A DNA stretch of 64,000 nt, taken from NCBI GenBank assembly GCA_963703365.1, contig OY969815.1, positions 2,888,577 through 2,952,576 of the forward strand. Direction: 5' to 3'. The notes beneath the pieces are model-generated. The model was not told the DNA's origin. It was given only the letters and a program-made list of their open reading frames with translations, and searched no databases. The DNA comes from an uncultured Bacteroidota bacterium (GTDB lineage Bacteria > Bacteroidota > Ignavibacteria > Kryptoniales > JAKASW01). Every line of letters begins with the position of its first letter. Within the stretch, counting starts at the first letter, position 1. This document shows positions 17,821-25,026 of the stretch, in pieces. Made by a program: the position numbers and the translations under genes.

Positions 17821-18873
17821 ATGAGGCAGAAAAAACTCCTCGTTAAACTTTTATTCCTTTCTCTTTTGATTTTGTCTTCTTGTAAAAAGGAAGACAATCC
17901 GGGTGGGATCACACCGCCAGACAATGAGAATACACCGCAAAACAATTTCAATGTCCTCTGGAATGATTTCGATCAAAATTATCCGGTATTTGAATTGAAT
18001 GATATTAATTGGGACTCTGTCTATTACGTTTATTATCCGAAGATAACTTTAAATACCACCGATGCCGATCTTTTTAATATTTTAAAGTCATGCATCTTGA
18101 CATTGAAGGATGCTCACTCGGACATAATTTCAAATCAATTCGGAAGCTGTGATTATTACGATTTATTTGTTCAACAAAAACCGACTAATTTTATAAGCTG
18201 GAATCTGATCAGCTCAAAATATGTCCAGGTACTAAAATCTAATAACCAGCATTTGGCTTACGGGAAAGTGCTCAACGAGGACATAGGGTATTTCTTTATC
18301 GGGAGCTTTGACGACAGCGCAAGTAATTATTATCTGATAGATTCTCTTCTTACAGTATTTCAAAATTCAAAGGGGATAATAATAGATGTAAGACAAAATG
18401 GCGGCGGCAATGAGACGTACGCCCAGATTGTGGCAAGCAGGTTGACAAATACATCTGTGATTTATCGATATTACAGAGAAAGAAATGGCCCGAAGCATTC
18501 CGACCTAACCGGTTACTTTCCGGTAGTTTTGGTTCCTGGCGGGCCGATCAAGTACACAAAGACGGTCGTATTGCTCACCAGCCGGCGAACATTCAGTGCT
18601 GCCGAGGATTTTACTTTAATGTTGAAGAGCTTGCCGAACGTAATTCATATCGGCGATACGACATTCGGAGGTGTCGCAACAAATCCGATCACTAAAACCC
18701 TGCCGAATGGTTGGACATACCGTATGGCAAGAGCAATTGAATGTGACAACAATGAAGTTCCGATAAAGAACGGAATTGTCCCGCAGATTCCGGTTCAGAT
18801 TAGTAAAGCCGATTCAATTCAGGGCGTCGATAGGATTCTTGAAGAAGCCATAAATAAAATAAATGGAAACTGA
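17821..18873 (+). CDS. S41-family (tail-specific/tricorn-core-like) peptidase lipoprotein
   Basis: Lipobox LILSSC; IIDVRQNGGGN; TSRRTFSAAEDF, which is the S41 catalytic Ser context. Confidence 0.75.
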   Translation: MRQKKLLVKLLFLSLLILSSCKKEDNPGGITPPDNENTPQNNFNVLWNDFDQNYPVFELNDINWDSVYYVYYPKITLNTTDADLFNILKSCILTLKDAHSDIISNQFGSCDYYDLFVQQKPTNFISWNLISSKYVQVLKSNNQHLAYGKVLNEDIGYFFIGSFDDSASNYYLIDSLLTVFQNSKGIIIDVRQNGGGNETYAQIVASRLTNTSVIYRYYRERNGPKHSDLTGYFPVVLVPGGPIKYTKTVVLLTSRRTFSAAEDFTLMLKSLPNVIHIGDTTFGGVATNPITKTLPNGWTYRMARAIECDNNEVPIKNGIVPQIPVQISKADSIQGVDRILEEAINKINGN

Positions 18874-18958
18874 ATTTCTCATTGCGACATTCTCAAACCG
18901 TGAGGGCAGGGAAAAGTTTTCATACAACCGATGGAATTCAGAAAAGATAAGCCACGAA

Positions 18959-18986
18959 AGCTATCAGCCATGAGCTAATAGCTAAC
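18959..18986. repeat. Tandem heptamer array, four units
   Basis: AGCTATC AGCCATG AGCTAAT AGCTAAC. Confidence 0.7.
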
Positions 18987-18991
18987 TCTTC

Positions 18992-19020
18992 TTGATATTA
19001 CAAGATGGAGCGGCTATATT
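18992..19020 (+). promoter_or_regulatory. Sigma-70-type promoter candidate for the ImmA-XRE/DUF4411 operon (paralogue of 17728-17756)
   Basis: TTGATA, a 17-nt spacer, then TATATT. The spacer is 13/17 identical to the copy at 17734-17750. Confidence 0.55.
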
Positions 19021-19201
19021 CATGTGAGATGACTAACCGCCCACGGCTTAGGCAGGACGGGATCCTCCGGAAGGGCGATCGGAGATCATCGAAAGGAAAG
19101 GTACGATTGCAAGATCAGGAGATGTTGCGGCAGGAAGTAGTTTACACAATTACCATAGACCAACAAAACAAACTTAATTCTTATTATCTTTAAGACACAA
19201 A

Positions 19202-20380
19202 ATGGCGGACAAAGCAAACATAACACCAAACGTGCTTAAATGGGCGAGAGAGTCAGCAAGAATAAGCGAAGAAATTGCGGCCTCTAAGGTTTCTGTATCT
19301 GTTGATAAACTTAAAGAATGGGAAAGGGGTACAAGCCAGCCAACAATAAGGCAGGCTCAAACACTTGCAAAGGCTTATAAGCGTCCATTCGCATTATTCT
19401 TCCTTCCTGAAATCCCAAGAGACTTTCAACCACTTCAAGACTTCAGAAAGAAGGATTCAAAGGCATTAGGGACGGGTTCTATTTTTATCATTCGTGAAAT
19501 CCAACAGAAACAAGCTTGGATAAGTGAAGTAGACGAAGAAAACGGCGAAGAAAAAATACCTTTTGTTGGCCAATTCTCAATTAGGGATAATCCATTAGCA
19601 GTAGCGAACGATATATTGAATGCACTCGGTGTTGTCCCTTCACATTACACGACTGATAATCCAATAAGAGAATGGATTGATAAGGCAGAATCAAAAGGAG
19701 TCTTTATTTCACGAACAAGTTTTATTCATCCAAAATTAAAACTGGATAGCGGAGAGCTACAGGGTTTCGCTATTGCAGATCTCTATGCTCCGTTTGTATT
19801 TGTTAACTCGGAAGATTGGGATGCTCCACAACTATTTACTCTCGTTCATGAGCTTGCACATATCTGGATAGCTGAAACCGGTATTTCAAATGAAATTGAA
19901 CCTGAAATAAAAAACAGGGACAAGTTTCATCCTGTAGAATTGTTCTGTAATGAAGTAGCGGCTAATGCTCTTATACCCTCCGACATTATTAATGATCTGG
20001 AACGTGACATTTTCAAATCAGCTAAGGAAGTTTTTAAGGTATCTAAAAGTCTAGGAGTAAGTTCTTTTGCTTTTTTGGTAAGAGCCCTAAATCTCAACTT
20101 GATCTCCCATGATATTTACAAAAAACTGAAGCATGAAGCAGATATGGAGTACAGGGCATTTTTGAAAAGAGCAGAAGAAAAAGAAGCAAAGGGTAAAGAC
20201 AAAGAAAAGAAAGGTGGACCTAGTTACTATTTATTGCAACTAAACAAGAATAGCCGGCTATTTACTCGGACTGTTTTGGACGCCTTTCATGGCGGTTTCA
20301 TTGAACCGACACAAGCAAGTAGCCTGCTAAACGTTAAAGTAAATAAATTTTCGCTGTTGGAAGCGCAACTGCATAAATGA
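19202..20380 (+). CDS. XRE-type HTH fused to ImmA/IrrE (M78, DUF955) zinc metallopeptidase
   Basis: The N-terminal HTH is LKWARESARISEEIAASKVSVSVDKLKEWERGTSQPTIRQ. The HEXXH motif is VHELAHIW. A Lys/Glu-rich C-terminal helix follows. Confidence 0.8.
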   Translation: MADKANITPNVLKWARESARISEEIAASKVSVSVDKLKEWERGTSQPTIRQAQTLAKAYKRPFALFFLPEIPRDFQPLQDFRKKDSKALGTGSIFIIREIQQKQAWISEVDEENGEEKIPFVGQFSIRDNPLAVANDILNALGVVPSHYTTDNPIREWIDKAESKGVFISRTSFIHPKLKLDSGELQGFAIADLYAPFVFVNSEDWDAPQLFTLVHELAHIWIAETGISNEIEPEIKNRDKFHPVELFCNEVAANALIPSDIINDLERDIFKSAKEVFKVSKSLGVSSFAFLVRALNLNLISHDIYKKLKHEADMEYRAFLKRAEEKEAKGKDKEKKGGPSYYLLQLNKNSRLFTRTVLDAFHGGFIEPTQASSLLNVKVNKFSLLEAQLHK

Positions 20381-20883
20381 GTCCAACAGCAGACATCTAT
20401 TGCTTAGATGCCAATGTACTAATTCAAGCCTGGCAGAAATACTATTCACCTAAATTTTGTCCCGACTATTGGCAAGTTTTGGATGAGCTTGGAAACCGAG
20501 GAACCATATTCGTGCCTGAGATGGTACATGAAGAAATTGTCAGAACGGATGACGACTTGTCGAAATGGTTAATGAAAAGTAAGATTCCCGTTCGCAAAAT
20601 TGATGAGGCGGTTACCAAATGCTTACAAAGTATTTATTCTAAAAATTCAACACATGAACTCCTTGTTGATAACACAAAGTATAGATCGTTAGCGGATCCC
20701 TGGGTGATTGCCCATGCGATCAATGAGAGAGCAATTGTCGTGACAAAGGAAGAAAAAATAACAGCTTTAAATTCGAGCAAAATAAAAATACCGAATGTGT
20801 GTGACAACATGGGTGTACCCTGGATTAACGACTTTCAATTAATTGAGAAACTTGGCATTCGATTTAATTGTAAGCTGACATGA
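20377..20883 (+). CDS. DUF4411 (PIN-like nuclease fold) protein, putative toxin/effector partner of the ImmA-XRE protein
   Basis: YCLDANVLIQAW...YYSPKFCPDYW...LADPWVIAHA...VVTKEE...KIPNVCDNMGV matches the DUF4411 pattern as I remember it. It overlaps the upstream gene by 4 bp (ATGA). Confidence 0.7.
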   Translation: MSPTADIYCLDANVLIQAWQKYYSPKFCPDYWQVLDELGNRGTIFVPEMVHEEIVRTDDDLSKWLMKSKIPVRKIDEAVTKCLQSIYSKNSTHELLVDNTKYRSLADPWVIAHAINERAIVVTKEEKITALNSSKIKIPNVCDNMGVPWINDFQLIEKLGIRFNCKLT

Positions 20884-21036
20884 TTCATCTCGTTACTATG
20901 GTCTCCACGGTAACTAAAAGATTGGCGCTCCGCGCCAGCACAAATTAATGTGACACTATGATACATCTCCGACATGGTACACGACAGGTCAGGGATTGAC
21001 ACATGAACCGGAGACTCTTTAGTTTACTTCTTTTAG

Positions 21037-21813
21037 CTAAACGCCTAAGAGTTCATACGAGTAACCGACAGAAATTATCAAGTTGCCCGTGTGGCTCGTT
21101 CCATCCTGTGGATCTTTCTGGACATTTGTAAAGCCGTACAATCCGCGAACGTCTAAGGAGACACTCGCCCTGCTTGTGACAGAAACGGTGGCGCCGACCC
21201 CACCTGCAACGCCGAAATTCACTTTATTAATGCTGCTTGTCACATCGGTGCTTGCGTTGAAAGGTTGAGGAGGCACTGGTACTAATTCTCCACTGCTGTC
21301 GGGCATTTCGAGTACAGTTCCGTTCTTGTCAATGTAAATTGAACTCGTGCCGCTTGTATTCTCGGTTGCATTGAGGAGAAAACCGATGTAAGGCCCGGCA
21401 TTCACGTCAAACTTCAAGCAGCTCACGCCAAAAGTGTACTTCGCAAGCACAGGTATTTCGAGGTAGTTAAGAATAGACATATTTTTGAAATTTGCGTAAT
21501 AATACCCGCTAGGCGGCGACGGAAGGTCTGGCGGAAGGTTTGTTACAGGCTGGAGACCGTTTCGTTGCCCGCCTTGTCCGTCGAAATTAATTTCAGGTTC
21601 GATTGAAAAGTTATCTGTGATTGCGAACTCTGCTGTGATTCCGAAATTTGGCGCGAGCCGCGATGTGTAACCTTCGCTGACCTCGTTGTTCCCGCCGCTG
21701 AGATTCGGTACGCTTAGACCGCCTTGAATTCCGAGTCGTACTTGTGCGTGCGATGTTTGCAACATTAACAAGAATAACGATATAAGTACAAAGATTGGAA
21801 TCACTTTCTTCAC
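21037..21813 (-). CDS. Outer-membrane beta-barrel (porin/OmpA-like barrel family) protein
   Basis: It has a signal peptide ending SHAQ and alternating amphipathic beta-strands. The terminal aromatic residue is missing but the barrel end looks typical (VGYSYELLGV). Confidence 0.65.
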   Translation of the reverse strand: MKKVIPIFVLISLFLLMLQTSHAQVRLGIQGGLSVPNLSGGNNEVSEGYTSRLAPNFGITAEFAITDNFSIEPEINFDGQGGQRNGLQPVTNLPPDLPSPPSGYYYANFKNMSILNYLEIPVLAKYTFGVSCLKFDVNAGPYIGFLLNATENTSGTSSIYIDKNGTVLEMPDSSGELVPVPPQPFNASTDVTSSINKVNFGVAGGVGATVSVTSRASVSLDVRGLYGFTNVQKDPQDGTSHTGNLIISVGYSYELLGV

Positions 21814-22023
21814 TGGTTTCTCCTTAGATTTGGTTTTGTGACAATTTTGTGATACAGATTAAATTACTTTTTGTATTGACGATTTGCAACAGGATAAGTT
21901 TTGTCTTTGTGCCAGCCCCCAAAACTTATTTGCAGCAGTGCCCTTTACTTCTCGATTTTACCGATCGGCGAATAATTATACTTGCCACAGCTATTAAGCC
22001 TGCAAGAAAAATAATTTCGCCTA

Positions 22024-24096
22024 TCATATCAAAGTTCCGACATTATACACGACAAACGCGACAAGCCATGCTATCGCAAAACTATACCCGAGGAATAGAA
22101 AGCCGAACATTTTTCCGCCTTCCCTTGCCATCACGGCAACCGTCGCGAGACATGAAGTGTACAAGAGGAGAAAGATCATGAACGACATAGCGGATGCCGC
22201 TGTGAAGCTCGACCTTATCATGGCACGCAAGCTCTCATTGCCGCTGTCGGTCTGAAGCGTTTGAATCGTCGGCGTGAGTAGCGATGTGAAGCTCTCTTTC
22301 AATGCGGTTGCAAGAGATTTTGCCTGTCCGCCGAGAGCAGAGTAGAATTGGAACTTCGTTGTACTCGTCGGAATGTTTTCGGAGTAAATCGTGCCCATTG
22401 AACTTAAGACAATTTCCCGCGCGAGAAATGCTGGAATGAGTGACGTTGAAATTCTCCAATCGTTTATGCCGATCGGCTTGAATATCGGAGTGATTGCTTT
22501 GCCGATGTATGCTGCAGCGCTATCCGACGGATTCTTTAACCCCGGCGGCGTATTCAACAAAACCCAAATAGCTACTGAAGCTGCGAAAATTAATGTCCCG
22601 GCTCTGTAAAGAAAACTTTTCACCTGCACCCAGGTGATTCTCATTACAGTCTTCAACGCGGGAAGCCGATACGGCGGGAGCTCCATGACAAAGTGCGAAA
22701 GGTTTCCTTTGAACGCCGTCTTACGCAGGAAGAACGCCGTCAGAAGCCCGATCAGAATTCCGAGCACGTAAAGAGAAAATATCACGATGGCCGGGTGATT
22801 GAAAAATAGAATCGCGAAGAAAGAGAATATGACGAGTCTTGCCGGACAGCTCATAAATGGAATCATTGCCATGACGAGAAGTTTATCGCGCTTGTTTTCC
22901 AAAGTCCTGGTTGCGATGATGGCCGGCACATTACAGCCGAAGCCTAAGAGAAGCGGAATCATTCCCTTGCCGTGGAGTCCAAGCTTGTGCATGAACCTGT
23001 CCATCATGAAAGCGATCCGTGGCATGTACCCCGACATTTCGAGGAGCGCGAGGAGAAAATATATCACGCCGATCAGTGGAACGAAAGTAATTACAAAACC
23101 GACGCCGCCTATAATTGCTCCGGAAAAGAAACTGAGAATCCATTCACTCGCGCCGGCCTTCGCAAGCATCGACGAGACTAACGGCGAGAGAAAATTGTTT
23201 ATCAAATTCGTCGTCCAGTTCATAAGCGGGTTGGAAAAATCGAACGAGATTTTGAAAATCAAAAACATTACAAGCAGGAAAATTGCGAAACCGAGGAACG
23301 GGTGAAGAACAATCCTGTCTATCCTGTCGGTCATGTCTCTTGCTGCCGATTTTTTTCTCTTGAAGACCTCGCTGTAAAATCCATTTGCGAACGCGTACCG
23401 CTCTTCTTTGACGATTGTGGAAATATTTTTCTTGAAGAATTTTTCTAGTTTAACTTTTTCTTTGTTCTCTCCGTCGCCGTTTGAAAGAAGATTAATGAGA
23501 GTGTGCTTGTCGATTTTTCCATTTTTATTGCTGTGTTCGACCCTCGCGAGTGATTCTTCGAGTGCGTCGTTGTACTTCAACGGGTTTGGGGCTGACTTTT
23601 CCTCGACTGTCTTGATGATCGCATCGAGAAGTTCCTGCACGCCGTCGCCGTTTCTGCCGTTCGTTTTTATTACGGGAATGTTTAAAAGCTCCCTTGAGTG
23701 TCCGCTGTCGATTTCTATCCCGCGGCGCTGTGCCTCGTCGATCATGTTAAACGCGAGAACCATCGGTCTCTCGAATTCAAGAAGCTCAGTCGTCAGCAGA
23801 AGATCGCGCTCGGCGTTAGTAGTTTCTATGACATCGACGATGACGTCCGGATTTTCTTCGACTAAGAAATTATATGCCACCCACTCATCTTCGGAAAGAG
23901 GCTCGAGCGTGTAAATGCCGGGAAGATCGATGAAGTGGATGTCGTACCCTTTATAACTCATGGACCCTTCGCGCTTCTCAACCGTAACGCCGGACCAGTT
24001 GCCGACTTTCAAATCCGTTTTTGCGGCGCAATTGAGAAGCGACGTCTTGCCAACGTTTGGGTTCCCTGCAAAGGCTACTTTGATTACCTTCTTCAT
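22024..24096 (-). CDS. feoB: Ferrous iron transporter FeoB
   Basis: N-terminal G domain with GNPNVGKTSLLN and DLPG, followed by a polytopic membrane domain. Confidence 0.95.
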   Translation of the reverse strand: MKKVIKVAFAGNPNVGKTSLLNCAAKTDLKVGNWSGVTVEKREGSMSYKGYDIHFIDLPGIYTLEPLSEDEWVAYNFLVEENPDVIVDVIETTNAERDLLLTTELLEFERPMVLAFNMIDEAQRRGIEIDSGHSRELLNIPVIKTNGRNGDGVQELLDAIIKTVEEKSAPNPLKYNDALEESLARVEHSNKNGKIDKHTLINLLSNGDGENKEKVKLEKFFKKNISTIVKEERYAFANGFYSEVFKRKKSAARDMTDRIDRIVLHPFLGFAIFLLVMFLIFKISFDFSNPLMNWTTNLINNFLSPLVSSMLAKAGASEWILSFFSGAIIGGVGFVITFVPLIGVIYFLLALLEMSGYMPRIAFMMDRFMHKLGLHGKGMIPLLLGFGCNVPAIIATRTLENKRDKLLVMAMIPFMSCPARLVIFSFFAILFFNHPAIVIFSLYVLGILIGLLTAFFLRKTAFKGNLSHFVMELPPYRLPALKTVMRITWVQVKSFLYRAGTLIFAASVAIWVLLNTPPGLKNPSDSAAAYIGKAITPIFKPIGINDWRISTSLIPAFLAREIVLSSMGTIYSENIPTSTTKFQFYSALGGQAKSLATALKESFTSLLTPTIQTLQTDSGNESLRAMIRSSFTAASAMSFMIFLLLYTSCLATVAVMAREGGKMFGFLFLGYSFAIAWLVAFVVYNVGTLI

Positions 24097-24428
24097 TTTA
24101 CTTCGATATTCTTTGCGACGTCGCCAGTGATTACTATCCGCGTGCCGCCGGCCTTGATTAAAATTCCTCTTCCTAATTTTTTTAGGATGGTGATGTGCTT
24201 CCCTTTCCGAAGTCCCATGGCTTCGATTTTTTTTGCTGTCTCATTGTGGTCGAAGAAATCTACAATCTGTGCCGTGTCGCCGACGTGAAGTTCCTTTAGA
24301 TTATTTTTCTTGTCGGAGATTCCATGTGCGGAACTCGCCGACTTTCTTGACTCATTAATTTCAATATTTTTCTCCCCGGAGTTCCCGTGTGCAGGAGTCG
24401 TACCGCGGAGCTTGTTTCCAAAGTTCAT
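24093..24428 (-). CDS. feoA: FeoA-family protein
   Basis: FeoA SH3-like core LHVGDTAQIV...LGRGILIKAGGTRIVI. It overlaps feoB by 4 bp. Confidence 0.8.
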   Translation of the reverse strand: MNFGNKLRGTTPAHGNSGEKNIEINESRKSASSAHGISDKKNNLKELHVGDTAQIVDFFDHNETAKKIEAMGLRKGKHITILKKLGRGILIKAGGTRIVITGDVAKNIEVK

Positions 24429-24445
24429 TGTAATTTATTTCTTTT

Positions 24446-24471
24446 GCGCCCAAGGCGCATCAGCCTCTGGC
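24446..24471 (+). repeat. 26-nt palindromic element, copy 3 (fur stop / fur-feoA spacer)
   Basis: GCGCCCAAGGCGCATCAGCCTCTGGC. The fur stop codon (complement of 24460-24462) lies in the loop. Confidence 0.8.
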
Positions 24472-24975
24472 TGAATCACGTGCATCGTTCTTTTGACATT
24501 CCGAACACAATCCGAATATCTGGTGCGAATGACTTAGTAATCGAAACTTGAATCTCTTCGCAATGCTTTGCTGAGCGGCTTCAATATTTTTGTCGACGAA
24601 CTCGGTGATCTTTCCGCAATTGATGCACACAAGATGATCATGATGTGTGCGGCCGAATGCCTTTTCGTAACGTGAGCCATGATCTTTAAGTCTGGTTTTG
24701 AATACAAGCTTGCACTTTTCGAGAACGTCGAGCGTGTTATAAACTGTGGCCCTTGACACTTTGCTGCCGTCTTCTTTCAGCTTGAGGAACAATTCGTCTG
24801 CATCGAAATGACCGGTTGCCGTATTCACGGCATTAAGGACTTCAAAGCGTTCGGAAGTTACTCGGTAGCCTTCTTTTCGCAGAAATTCTTCTAACTTTTG
24901 TTTTGCTGTTTCCATCCCGCGGTCATATTTTAAATTAAGTCTAAGTAAGTTATCTGTATCAGGCATAGAGTTCAA
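24460..24975 (-). CDS. fur: Fur-family metalloregulator (start uncertain: TTG 24975, ATG 24966 or ATG 24915)
   Basis: Winged-helix segment RVTSERFEVL...SRATVYNTL; metal sites HHDHLVCINCG and CSEC. The stop codon lies in the loop of 26-nt palindrome copy 3. Confidence 0.85.
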   Translation of the reverse strand: MNSMPDTDNLLRLNLKYDRGMETAKQKLEEFLRKEGYRVTSERFEVLNAVNTATGHFDADELFLKLKEDGSKVSRATVYNTLDVLEKCKLVFKTRLKDHGSRYEKAFGRTHHDHLVCINCGKITEFVDKNIEAAQQSIAKRFKFRLLSHSHQIFGLCSECQKNDARDSARG

Positions 24976-25026
24976 GCCCTCCCGAACTACTTCCGAAGCG
25001 TAACGATTCTTTATCTCTATTCGTAC

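Noticed and set aside
19029-19052. GACTAAC-N10-CTTAGGCAGG, which looked like a mini attC or cassette junction in front of the ImmA/DUF4411 pair
   Set aside because: Only 4-5 bp can pair, there is no L-box structure, and no matching site lies downstream of DUF4411 (20884-21036). It shares the TTAGGCAG octamer with the cassette sites, but that is insufficient.
19005-19193. 62-aa ORF between the second promoter copy and the ImmA-XRE gene
   Set aside because: It lies in the duplicated leader. Its only plausible ATG aligns with the copied S41 start codon and has no spaced RBS. It is most likely a non-coding 5' leader or a duplication scar.
20990-21020. Third TTGACA-containing segment with partial similarity to the duplicated promoter module
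   Set aside because: It matches only about 17/29 positions, has a poor -10 (TTAGTT), and points into the 3' end of a convergent gene. This is probably chance similarity.
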